Assembly (NCBI GenBank): GCA_016182605.1
Contig: JACPGE010000074.1
Coordinates: forward strand, 1,694-65,693
Reading direction: 5' to 3'
Length of the DNA stretch: 64,000 nt
From: Candidatus Hydrogenedentota bacterium
GTDB lineage: Bacteria; Hydrogenedentota; Hydrogenedentia; Hydrogenedentales; JAEUWI01
Under the pieces are notes generated by a model. The model made no database searches, had not been told where the DNA came from, and saw only the letters and a program-made list of their open reading frames with translations. A program made the position numbers and the translations under genes. Position 1 is the first letter of the stretch. Each line of letters begins with the position of its first letter. Positions 17,663-27,400 of the stretch are shown piece by piece.

Positions 17663-18064
17663 TTAGGAGGCTAATTCCGGCACCAGTTTATGGAAGGCCG
17701 CGTCGCACTCCAGAGCCGCATCAAACCGGCCGCATTGACGCACCGAAACTTCCCCCAGGTCGATTTCCTGGAGGATGCATTCCAGCACGTCCCGGGGATC
17801 GGTGGTGCCACACGTGAAGATGTCCATGGCGATGAGGCCTTCATCCGCATACGTGTGGGCCGAACAGTGGCTCTCGTCCAGAAGTACGAACGCCGTGAAG
17901 CCTGGGGGGGAATCCAGGCCAAACTTGTAACGCACCTGGGAAATCACGTTCGCACCGGCGCGTTCCGCACCGCGGGCCATGGCTTCCAGGACGCGCTTGT
18001 CATTGAGACACACGTCGCGCGCGACGCCGCGACAATCTACCAGTAGGTGTTTTCCCTTTGACAA
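17663..18064 (-). CDS. speD: Pyruvoyl-dependent S-adenosylmethionine decarboxylase family proenzyme
   Basis: GKHLLVD, LDE|SHCSAHTY self-cleavage motif, DIFTCG; probable TTG start at 18064, 9 nt after AGGAGG. Substrate not established from sequence. Confidence 0.88.
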   Translation of the reverse strand: MSKGKHLLVDCRGVARDVCLNDKRVLEAMARGAERAGANVISQVRYKFGLDSPPGFTAFVLLDESHCSAHTYADEGLIAMDIFTCGTTDPRDVLECILQEIDLGEVSVRQCGRFDAALECDAAFHKLVPELAS

Positions 18065-18124
18065 CTCATAAACCCTCCTACAGTTGGAACCGAGTGAATC
18101 GACAGAAAAATGGAGCGTAATGTA

Positions 18125-18142
18125 CAACTGGCAGGCCAGTTG
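18125..18142. promoter_or_regulatory. Perfect palindrome CAACTGGC-AG-GCCAGTTG upstream of speD (candidate operator)
   Basis: 8-bp arms; fills the spacer between minus-strand TTCCAT (18148-18143) and TACATT (18124-18119). Confidence 0.4.
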
Positions 18143-18190
18143 ATGGAAAACTTATGGTAAAGAAACGGTAAAGTTTCCTGGGTGCGGGCT

Positions 18191-20113
18191 TCACGGCCGG
18201 AACCCCGCCGGGCTGGCGTAGCGCTCTTGGGCCGCTTCGATGATCATGCGCAGCAGATCGCCGTAGCTGTAGCCCGCGAATCCCGCCATTATATTCAATT
18301 TGCCGTCCCAGCACCAACCCGGATTGGGATTCACCTCGAGGAGTTTTATTTCGCCTTGGGAATCCGCCCGGTAATCGAAGCGTACGTAGTCACGGCAGCC
18401 CAGGCGCTCGAAAAGCAGCATGGAACTGTCGATGAGCCGGCGCTTGTAGCCTTCGCTCAGTTTTGCCTCGTGGTAAGAGATCTGGCTCCAGTAAGGCGAG
18501 CCGGGCATCCACTTCGATTCGTAGCCCAGAATCTGGGGCAGCCCCTTGTCGAGCCCGGAATAGTCCACCTCCAGCAGCGGCAGCACCGTAACGTTCATAC
18601 CGGGATTACCGATAATGCCCACACTATATTCGGATCCCTGCAAGAATTCTTGAACGAGCAGCGAACGGTTCGGGAATTCGGTGCGTAGCAGCTCCCAATA
18701 GGCCAGCAGTTCCTGCTTGTCGCTTACCACGGCATTCTGGGTAATCCCCTGGCTGCTGTCCCCCATATTCGGCTTCAGGAGCGCGGGAAAGGACGAGGGC
18801 AGCGTCGCCATTTGATCGTCGGGGGCGAAGTAGGACTCCAGGGGCACCGCAATGTCCATCGACATGGCCAGCGCGCGCACGTGGGCCTTGTTGTAACAGA
18901 GCCCGAGACAGGAGGGGCCGCTTCCGCTGTAGGGGATGTTAAACATCTCGAGCAGCGCCGGAACATGCAGCTCCTTGAAGGCGTCGTTCTTGTAGCCCTC
19001 GTCGCACAGGTTGAAAACGAATTCCGGCTTCTCCTTCAACAGGGAGGGCAAGAGCGCCTCGTGGTCGTAAAAATAGGCGAACTCGTAATCGCCCAACGAT
19101 TTCAGGGCGTCGCGCATCTTTGCGTTGGTGTCCAGATCCTCGGGATTGAACTGCCCGTTCAGTTTCACAATGTCCGGAAGTTGCGGATCGCCCATCAGCA
19201 CGGTCACATTGCGGAAGCGCACTTTGGGGTGCTGGCGCGGCTCCACCTGCACCGGCTTCTTCGCCACCACCATGATCCGGCGCGTAAGCATCCCCAGATC
19301 CTGCTGGCGCGTGGAGGCGGTCGCGGGCGCCTCGTGCTTCACGATCGAAATGAAGCCCGCGCGCCGCAGCAGGTCCTGAATCTGCTCGTAGGTGTAAAGC
19401 CGTTCCGCGTAGAATTGATCCGCGATGATGCCCCGCTCGGCGTGGGTCACCACTTCGCGCGAGATGAGCCGCTGGCCGTCTTTGGCCACCGCGCGTTCCC
19501 GGCACACGAAATGCTGCTGGTCGATCCACTCCCAGGAACGGGGCTCGTAGTGCTCGCGCATCCAGTCGCCGTTCACCAGATCCAGCACCACCTGACCGCC
19601 CGGCTTCAGCACGCGGCGCACCGACTGCAGTACGGCCAGATCGTCTTCCGCGCGCTCGAAGTATCCGAATGAATTGCCCAGGATGCCCACGCAGGCCATG
19701 GATTGCTCCGGCAGGCGGAAACGGCGTGCGTCCCCCTCGCGGAAGGTGGCGGAGAGCCCCTCGCGCTGGGCGCGCTTGCGTGCGAGCCGCACCAGATAAC
19801 GCGAACGGTCCAGCCCGGTGACGCGCGAGTATCCCCGCTTCGCCAGTTCCAGGCAGTGCCGGCCCTGGCCGCAGCACAGGTCAAGAAAGGCATCGTCCTT
19901 CTGCAACTGGGCAATCTCGACGAGCCGGTCCACGTCCTGCACGGTGTTCAAGCCGTTCTCTACGACATCGCCGTCCGTCTTGAGATAGACGGCGTTGAAG
20001 AGGGTGCGCCACCAATCGGCGGGCAGGTGGCGCTCGAGATCGGACACGGGGCCCAGGGTCTTTGGCGCCTGCGATGCCGAGAGCGCAATACGATGGTTGT
20101 TCAGGGGATCCAT
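18191..20113 (-). CDS. Class I SAM-dependent methyltransferase fused to a D-Ala-D-Ala-ligase-like ATP-grasp domain
   Basis: N-half: LDLCCGQGRH, GNSFGYF, LKPGG. C-half: FNLCDEG, PYSGSG..L...NK, LLKPNMGDSSQGI, VQEFLQG.EY, RFDYR, LEVNPNPG. Confidence 0.92.
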   Translation of the reverse strand: MDPLNNHRIALSASQAPKTLGPVSDLERHLPADWWRTLFNAVYLKTDGDVVENGLNTVQDVDRLVEIAQLQKDDAFLDLCCGQGRHCLELAKRGYSRVTGLDRSRYLVRLARKRAQREGLSATFREGDARRFRLPEQSMACVGILGNSFGYFERAEDDLAVLQSVRRVLKPGGQVVLDLVNGDWMREHYEPRSWEWIDQQHFVCRERAVAKDGQRLISREVVTHAERGIIADQFYAERLYTYEQIQDLLRRAGFISIVKHEAPATASTRQQDLGMLTRRIMVVAKKPVQVEPRQHPKVRFRNVTVLMGDPQLPDIVKLNGQFNPEDLDTNAKMRDALKSLGDYEFAYFYDHEALLPSLLKEKPEFVFNLCDEGYKNDAFKELHVPALLEMFNIPYSGSGPSCLGLCYNKAHVRALAMSMDIAVPLESYFAPDDQMATLPSSFPALLKPNMGDSSQGITQNAVVSDKQELLAYWELLRTEFPNRSLLVQEFLQGSEYSVGIIGNPGMNVTVLPLLEVDYSGLDKGLPQILGYESKWMPGSPYWSQISYHEAKLSEGYKRRLIDSSMLLFERLGCRDYVRFDYRADSQGEIKLLEVNPNPGWCWDGKLNIMAGFAGYSYGDLLRMIIEAAQERYASPAGFRP

Positions 20114-20533
20114 GGTCTAACTCCGCGCCCGTTGCGTCCGCGCTGCGCGGCTACTGGTGGCCTCTACGTTCATGTACTCACCGGATCTCGCGTGCACTTC
20201 GGTGCCCGCTGGGTAGGCGCACACCATACACTTCGCGTGGTTGTGCGTTCTGGGGTTGTTGTAGCGCTGGCTTCATTCGAGGGCTGTGCCTCCGCCCAGA
20301 TGCCCGCCCAAGGCGCCTGTGCCGCACAGCGGAGGTATCAAATCGTCGTAAGGCGGGTAATACGGGTCCGAAGCCCGGCAGCGCGTCTTTTGCCGCCGGA
20401 CACAGTTGCCCGCAACGATTTCACGCAGCGCGAATTCTTCGCGCTGTCCATCCGTTCCAAGATGTACGTCGGCGCCATGGCGATGTACTCTATTCCGGCA
20501 GGCGCCGGGTGGTTGTTGCCCCGAATCGGCAAC

Positions 20534-20562
20534 AACATACTATGATGCGGCCCGGAATGCAA
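20534..20562 (-). promoter_or_regulatory. Putative sigma-70 promoter TTGCAT-N17-TATGTT for the polyamine-like cluster
   Basis: Consensus-like hexamers with 17-nt spacing; implies a ~410 nt leader before ATG 20113. Confidence 0.45.
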
Positions 20563-20652
20563 GCCTCTTTTCAGGCAACCCGGAAATTCTTCCTCCCGGG
20601 ACCCGATTTCCGTCTGTTGACCCCGCGCCGTTATACTGTACGGTGCCATCCC

Positions 20653-21783
20653 ATGGAAAACTCTTTGTATAGCGAAAGTAAAGAAATGGCAAATTCAACC
20701 GCTTCGCCGGATCAGGCTCCCGACCCGCTCACCGCCGAGCCGGGCCTGGGCATCGCGCCCGATGGCGCCGTCCGCCAGCCCAATGCGGCGCTGCTCCAGT
20801 TGCTGGGCGTGCCTTCCACGGTGCTGGAGGGCCTTCCGGTGCACTCGCTTGAAGCCCGCAAGGAGATCCCCGAAGGCATCGCCTGGAGTCTGGCGCAGCT
20901 TTTCGACGAGATGGCCGCTCCGGAGGCCCCCCCGGCCCTGGCCATGCTCGCCTCGGAAGGCGAACGGGTTTTCTGTCTCAAGGCCTTCCGGCGTGCGGGC
21001 GGCGGCGGACTCTGGGTGCGCGTGGATGAGATTACGGACGCGTATGAAACCCACTATTACGACGAGACGGCGCACCACAGCCGCTGGCAGGAGCTGGAAG
21101 CGGAGAACCGCGAACTTGAGGCCTTCGCCTACAGCGTGGCCCACGATCTGCGCGCGCCCCTCCGCTTCATCGCCAAGTTCGCGCACCTGCTCATGGAAAA
21201 CCATGGCGAGGAACTTTCCAATGAGGCGCTCCAATACGCCGACCAGATTCGCGAGGGCTCGCGCCAGATGGCCCAGTTGATCGAGGACCTGCTGGAGTTT
21301 TCCCAGGTGATCGGCCAGTCCATCGACCGCGAGCCCGTCGACCTCGGGGCGCTCGTCGCCCAGGTTTACGAAGAGATGGCGGAAGAGCGCGAGGACCGGG
21401 CGGTGGAATTTGTGCTCCATGAACTGGCGCCCTGCCACGCCGACCCCGCGCTGCTGCGGCGGGTCCTCTACAACCTCCTGGGAAACGCGTTGAAATTCAC
21501 CCGGACCCGCGAACGCGCCCGGATTGAGATCGGTATGCACTGGGACGCGGAGGAGGAGGAGGCCGTGTACCACATTCGCGACAACGGCGTGGGTTTCGAC
21601 TCGGAATTCAGCGACCGGCTGTTCCAGGTTTTCAAGCGCTTTCACCAGCCGGACGAATTCGAGGGCACGGGCATCGGCCTGGCGCTGGTGAAACGCATTA
21701 TAGAGCGCCACGGCGGCCGCATCTGGGCCGAAAGCAAGGTCGGTGAGGGCGCCTGTTTCTATTTTACGCTCGCGCCGGAATGA
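20653..21783 (+). CDS. Cytoplasmic sensor histidine kinase (PAS-like + HisKA + HATPase)
   Basis: ELEAFAYSVAHDLRAPL H-box, NLLGNALKFT, DNGVGFD, GTGIGLA; no TM helix; start at 20653 or 20686. Confidence 0.93.
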   Translation: MENSLYSESKEMANSTASPDQAPDPLTAEPGLGIAPDGAVRQPNAALLQLLGVPSTVLEGLPVHSLEARKEIPEGIAWSLAQLFDEMAAPEAPPALAMLASEGERVFCLKAFRRAGGGGLWVRVDEITDAYETHYYDETAHHSRWQELEAENRELEAFAYSVAHDLRAPLRFIAKFAHLLMENHGEELSNEALQYADQIREGSRQMAQLIEDLLEFSQVIGQSIDREPVDLGALVAQVYEEMAEEREDRAVEFVLHELAPCHADPALLRRVLYNLLGNALKFTRTRERARIEIGMHWDAEEEEAVYHIRDNGVGFDSEFSDRLFQVFKRFHQPDEFEGTGIGLALVKRIIERHGGRIWAESKVGEGACFYFTLAPE

Positions 21784-21810
21784 ACACGCGCCGGCCAATG
21801 CCGGGGCTGG

Positions 21811-22014
21811 CCCGCATATTTCATCACTCTGAGGCCTCCAGATTAGATTCGGATTGGCCCCGTGGTGAAATCTGCTCAGCGGGGCGATGGCGCTGGCGTT
21901 CACCGGGCAGGCTAAATCACGGGCTGTTGGTCATTCCCAGATTTGAAGTTGGGATAACGATAGGTGTGAGTGGGTGTTAAGACTACATTGTTAGGAGCCC
22001 GTGATTTATCCGGG
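21811..22014 (+). repeat. Dispersed double-hairpin MITE/REP-like element, copy A
   Basis: CCCGCATATTTCATCAC...GTGGTGAAATCTGC, conserved linker, TAAATCACGGGCT...GGAGCCCGTGATTTATCCGGG. Confidence 0.85.
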
Positions 22015-22029
22015 CAGGGGTGAACGGCA

Positions 22030-22749
22030 GTGGCTGAAACACGGATTCTGGTGGTGGACGACGACCACGAAGTGGCCGAGAAGGTGCGCAAACTCCTTAC
22101 GCGCGAGGGCTATGCCGTCGATTGCGTGGGCGATGGCGACGCCGCGTTGAAACGTATCGTTCAGTTTGAGCCCAACCTGGTCATTCTGGACATCACCCTG
22201 CCTTTTGCCCGCGACGAAAAGGACGGGCTCGATGGGATCGACATCCTCCGCCGCGTGCGGGAGGAATATGAAACGCCGGTGCTGATGCTGAGCGCAACCA
22301 GTGTCGGCGCCGTCAAGGTCATGGCGCTCACCATGGGGGCGGATGACTACCTGACCAAGCCCTTCAACCCGCAGGAACTGCTCGCGCGTGTCGGCGCGAT
22401 ACTCCGGCGCGCCCGGAACAGCATCCCGGGCGACGGCACGCTCGAATTCGAGGGGCTGCGCATTGAGCCGCAGACCCGGCGTGTCTGGAAGGGCGAGAGC
22501 CCGGTGGACCTCACGGTGATCGAATTCGAACTGCTCTATACCCTGGCGCGCCGGCCGGGACTCATCTTCTCGCGGGACCAGCTCATCGAAAACGCCTGGA
22601 AACACTCGTATTACGGCGTTCCCAAGGTAGTGGACGTCCATATTGGCCACATCCGGCGCAAGATCGAGGACGACCCCACCGCGCCGCGCTACATTGTGAC
22701 GGTGCGTGGACTCGGCTACCGCTTCGAAGGCAACGCCCTCAAGACCTGA
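22030..22749 (+). CDS. OmpR/PhoB-family response regulator
   Basis: ILVVDDD, VILDITLP, GADDYLTKPF, winged helix (VVDVHIGHIRRKIE, TVRGLGYRF). Confidence 0.97.
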   Translation: MAETRILVVDDDHEVAEKVRKLLTREGYAVDCVGDGDAALKRIVQFEPNLVILDITLPFARDEKDGLDGIDILRRVREEYETPVLMLSATSVGAVKVMALTMGADDYLTKPFNPQELLARVGAILRRARNSIPGDGTLEFEGLRIEPQTRRVWKGESPVDLTVIEFELLYTLARRPGLIFSRDQLIENAWKHSYYGVPKVVDVHIGHIRRKIEDDPTAPRYIVTVRGLGYRFEGNALKT

Positions 22750-22970
22750 ACGCGATTCACTTCGGAACGGCGGAGTCTCCCCTGTCCCACTTACCCGGTT
22801 TCGTTGTCTTGCCAGGCCGGTCATTTACCGAAACTTTACCCTTAATTTGCCCCCAGTTTTCTCCCCGCCCCTACACTCCACGCCGGAATGGTCCCCGTTT
22901 ACCATGAATGCGAAGGGCAATCGCTCCTTCGCCCGTGCCCCAATCCGCACGTTTCCAGAGGCCTCCCTGC

Positions 22971-23408
22971 ATGCGAAAAGATCCCGTCGAAATCATTGTC
23001 ATTGAAGACAAGATGGAAGACCGCAAGTCCATCGTCGCCGCCCTTTCGCGCATTGTACCCGCGGCGTTGATTGCCGACTTCGACGATGACCGCAGTGCCC
23101 TCCACTTCATTCGCGCCGAAGTCTCCGGCGATCCCAAGCGCAGCGCCGCGCTGCGCCTCATCGTGCTCGACTTCCACTTGAAGAACCGTACGGCGCCCCG
23201 GGTGATCGGTGAACTTCGTGCCCAGAAAGGCCTCGGCCTGATTCCGGTCGTCATCCTCTCCGATTCGGGCGACACCAAAGACATCCGGGAAAGCTACGAG
23301 CACGGCGCCAACGCGTTTATCCGCAAGCCCGTCGATTTTGGCGAGTTTAACGAGACGGTCGACCTGATAGGACGATTCTGGCTCGAAGCCAATGAATCGG
23401 GTTCCTGA
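22971..23408 (+). CDS. Single-domain response regulator (Rcp1-like)
   Basis: IIVIED, LIVLDFHL, IPVVILS, SYEHGANAFIRKPVDF, RFW; ATG 22971. Confidence 0.9.
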   Translation: MRKDPVEIIVIEDKMEDRKSIVAALSRIVPAALIADFDDDRSALHFIRAEVSGDPKRSAALRLIVLDFHLKNRTAPRVIGELRAQKGLGLIPVVILSDSGDTKDIRESYEHGANAFIRKPVDFGEFNETVDLIGRFWLEANESGS

Positions 23409-23477
23409 ACCTTCGCATTTCATCCGGGCGCCTGCCCGTGAGCCCGGCCAAAACACAAGACACCCAGAGATCCCACG

Positions 23478-24020
23478 ATGAGCACCGCCGACTTCCTTAC
23501 CGCACTCCTAATCTTCGGCCTTCGCGTCACCGATGTCAGCATCGGCACCACCAAGCTCCTCTTTCTCGTCCGGGGCTACCGCATACTGACCCCGCTGCTT
23601 TCGTTTCTTGAAGCGTGCGTCTGGCTTTTGGCCACCACGATTGTCTTCCGGAATCTCGATAGCCTTCTGAACGGATTCGCCTTTGCCAGTGGTTTCGCCG
23701 CGGGCACCGTGGCCGGTATGGCCATCGAACGGTGGGTCGGGCTCGGCTATACCTTGGTGCGCATCTTCACCCGGGAAGACCCCGCGCGCATTACCGCCAT
23801 CCTTCGCGAGAGCAACTTCGGCATGACCTCGTTCCGCGCCGCCGGCTACGAGGGCGAACTCGCTGTCCTGCTGGTCGTGACCACCCCCAAACAGGCCGAC
23901 CGCCTCATACGCATCATCAAGGAACTCGACCCCAAGGTCTTTGTCACGGTGGACCCGGTGCGTTCCGTGATCGGTGGGTACTCCCCCATGGGGCGCACAC
24001 CGAGCCTTTTGAGGAAATGA
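23478..24020 (+). CDS. UPF0316 / DUF2179-type membrane protein
   Basis: LRVTDVSIGT, SFLEACVWL, GFAAGT, ELDPKVFVT. Confidence 0.88.
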   Translation: MSTADFLTALLIFGLRVTDVSIGTTKLLFLVRGYRILTPLLSFLEACVWLLATTIVFRNLDSLLNGFAFASGFAAGTVAGMAIERWVGLGYTLVRIFTREDPARITAILRESNFGMTSFRAAGYEGELAVLLVVTTPKQADRLIRIIKELDPKVFVTVDPVRSVIGGYSPMGRTPSLLRK

Positions 24021-24119
24021 GCCGGAGCCGTGTTTCGTTGGCGTGCCCACGCCGGGACCCAATACTATGCCCTTTTGTTGCACTCGGCCCCTGGAACCGC
24101 AGTCCAAACGAGGGGCCGG

Positions 24120-24293
24120 GGGGATGGACGACATGGACTCGATGGACGGGGATAGACCGTGCGAAACGAGGGGTCGGGGGGAAAAATCAACCACGGATGG
24201 ACACCGGTGGACACGGATGGGAGGAGGAGGGGATGAACCACGAGTGGACACAAAAGTCACGAAATGGGGGGAGAAGCCGTGCGAAACGAGGGG
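24120..24293. repeat. Intergenic cluster of short repeats
   Basis: 17-nt direct repeat CCGTGCGAAACGAGGGG at 24157 and 24277; several ATGGAC units; two AACCACG...GGACAC units. Confidence 0.65.
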
Positions 24294-24477
24294 GATTTGA
24301 TTGACTTTATGGGAAATTTTTACACTTCGTGTCTTTGCAGCGTGGAATAACGCTCGCAGCACATATTAACTCGTAGACTCTCCCCGGCAGTTCGCCGCAA
24401 CTGCCGCCCCGCACACCCTTCTCTCCCCTGCGCGGCTGCATTTGTGGGGATCCCGGCCTATCGAGTAGAATCGAGGT

Positions 24478-27400
24478 ATGAACCGGGCAGGGGGCAAACG
24501 GCGTGAGGATTTGGGCGTGCAAGCATTGAGTGCCATTCCAGTTGTTTACTTTCCGCGGCCCGTGGCCTGTGCCGCTCTGGTCCTGGCGTGGACCCTCCCG
24601 GCCCTCGCGGCGGAACCGGTTAACTTCAACCGCGACATCCGCCCGGTGATTTCGGACAAGTGCGTCTCGTGTCATGGTCCGGACGAGAAGACGCGCAAGA
24701 TGGAACTGCGCCTGGATCGGAAAGACGGTCTGTTTGGGGTAACGAAAGACGGCGCCGCCATTGTGGCCCCGGGCAACCCCGATGCGAGCGCGCTGCTGCA
24801 ACGCATCACCCACGCGGATGTGGACGAGCGCATGCCTCCGGCGGAGACGAAGAATCCGCTGAGCGCGGAGGAAATCGAGGCGCTTCGGAATTGGATAGTC
24901 CAGGGCGCGCCCTGGCAGGACCACTGGGCTTTTGAACGGCCGGTGAAACCGGCGCTGCCCGAGGTTTCCAACCCGGCTTGGTGCCGCAACGAGATCGATC
25001 GGTTTGTGCTTGCGAAGCTGGATGAAGCCGGCTTGCCCCCCGGGGCGGAAGCCCGCAAAGAAACGCTTCTCCGGCGCGTTTCATTCGACCTCACTGGATT
25101 GCCGCCCACGCCCGGCGAGGTGGACGCTTTTCTCGCGGACACGAGCGACGGCGCCTACGAGACGTTGGTCGACCGCCTCCTCGCCACGCCGCAGTATGGG
25201 GAGCGCATGGCCTTCACGTGGCTGGACGCGGCGCGCTATGCCGATACGAATGGATACCAGCGCGACACCAAGCGGTACATGTGGCACTGGCGCGATTGGG
25301 TGATCAACGCCTACAACGAAAACATGCCCTTCGACCAGTTCACCATTGAGCAGCTCGCGGGAGATTTGCTGCCCGACGCCACGCTCTCGCAGAAGATTGC
25401 CACGGGCTTCAACCGCAACCACCGGATCAATGGTGAAGGCGGCATCATCCCGGAGGAGTATGCGGTGGAGTATGTGGTGGATCGGGTTGCCACGACCAGC
25501 ACCACGTGGATGGGGCTGACCATGGGCTGTGTCCGCTGCCATGATCACAAGTTTGATCCCATCTCGCAGAAGGAATTCTACGAGATGTATGCCTTCTTCA
25601 ACCGGGTCCCGGAGAATGGCAAAGGCGAAGAGCGCGGCAACGATGTGCCCTACATCGCCGTGCCCACGGCGGAAGAGACCGCGCGCCGGGAGGAACTCAC
25701 CGGGAAGATCGCGGCGGTGGAGCAGGAGCTTGCCGCCCCCGATGAGCGGCTCGATGGCTTGCAGCGCGCTTGGGAAGAGCAGCTCTATGCCACGTTCTCG
25801 GAACTCAACTGGCAGCCGATCGGCAATCCCACCGTCGCGGCCGTGAATGGCGCCGTGCTCACGCCACAGGCCGACCAGAGCCTGCTCGCGAGCGGCCCCA
25901 GCCCGGACAAGGAAGTCTATGAGATTTCCTTCGAGGCCACCGGGGCCGTGCGCTCGTTCAAGCTGGAGATCTTTACCGATCCGTCGCTGCCTGCGGGCGG
26001 TCCCGGCCGCGCCCCGGAAGGCAACCTCGTTATCTCCGGCTTCGAAGTCGAGCGCACTCCTGCTGGTGGCACGGGCGCAGCCGAGCCTGTGCGCGTTGCG
26101 GATGCCATTGCCGATTATGCGCAGGACAACGGCGACTACCGGGCCATCAACGCGATCGACGCGAGCGATGACACGGGCTGGGCCACGGGATCGCCCTACC
26201 GGCGGGAGAACCGATCTGCGATCTTCACACTCGCTCCGGATGCGGGCATTGCCGCGGGCGATCGCGTGACGGTGCGCATCCGTCAGAACTCTCCATATCC
26301 CCAGCACACCGTCGGGAGATTCCGTTTGCTGCAATCGGCCTCGGGCGCCGCGGCGGCGTGGGCGCGGCCCGAATTTGGGCCGTGGCATTACGTGGGCCCC
26401 TTCCCCATCGAGAACAACAACGACAGCATGCTCATTGAGCGTGTCTTCGCCCCGGAACGCGGCTTCGATCCCGATCGCGAACACGGTCCGGAGCGTCTGC
26501 GCTGGCAGGAACGGCCCGAGTGGGAAGATGGCAAGCTTGTCAATTTCGATGCCTCCGGACGCACTGCACACTACCTCCACCGCAACCTGCGCCTCGCCAT
26601 TCCCACCACCGTGGTGCTTTCCCTGGGCAGCAACGATGCCATCAAAGTCTGGGTGGACGGTGAGGTGAAACATCTTTTCAATGGCGGCCGGACGGTTGCC
26701 CCCGATCAGGATCGGGTGGAGCTTTTCCTTCCCGCGGGCGACCACAGCCTCCTGATCAAGATCGCCAACTTCGGCGGTGCGTGTGGCTATTATTTCCGCC
26801 ATGTGGACGATGGCGGGCAGGCGCTTTTCGCGATGATGCACCAGCTTGCGGCGCCGCCGGAACAGCGCGACGCGGAACAGCGCAGGATCCTGCAGGAGCG
26901 TTTTCGCGCGCAGGACGCCCAATGGGTTGCACGCAACGGCGCATTGATTGGCCTGCGGAACGAACTGGGCACGCTCGACAAGAGCATTGCCACCACCATG
27001 ATCATGGAGGACATGGCCACGCCGCGCGACACGTATCTTCTGAAGCGCGGTGTCTATGATGCGCCCGACACGACGGAGAAACTCTTTCCCAGCGTTCCCG
27101 AACGCCTGGGCGAAATGGATCCCGCCCTGCCGAAGAACCGGCTGGGTCTCGCGCAATGGCTTATGGACCCGAAACATCCGCTTACGGCGCGCGTGCAGGT
27201 CAACCAGTTCTGGCAGACACACTTTGGCCGGGGCCTGGTGAAGACCGCCGAGGATTTCGGCACCCAGGGCGCCGCCCCCAGCCACCCCGGACTGCTCGAC
27301 TGGCTCGCATTGCGCTTTATCGAGTCCGGCTGGGACGTGAAGGCGATGCACAAGTACATCGTCATGAGCGCCACATACCGTCAATCTTCGGTCGTCTCGG

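Noticed and set aside
18049-18069. Programmed -1 frameshift from the mini-ORF into speD
   Set aside because: In the mini-ORF frame the site reads G GAA AAC, which is not a canonical X XXY YYZ heptamer, and an in-frame TTG start exists.
18191-19210. Housekeeping D-Ala-D-Ala ligase (ddl)
   Set aside because: Fused to a methyltransferase, lacks the N-terminal GGxSxEH motif, and is not among cell-wall genes.
24120-24293. CRISPR array
   Set aside because: Only two 17-nt copies 120 nt apart, no regular repeat-spacer period, and no cas genes.
25081-27384. Long antisense ORFs (also 2242-3696, 14858-16525, 42491-44080, 46032-47885, 47954-50410, 50359-51990)
   Set aside because: Shadow frames opposite well-supported genes, expected in high-GC DNA; no recognisable motifs.
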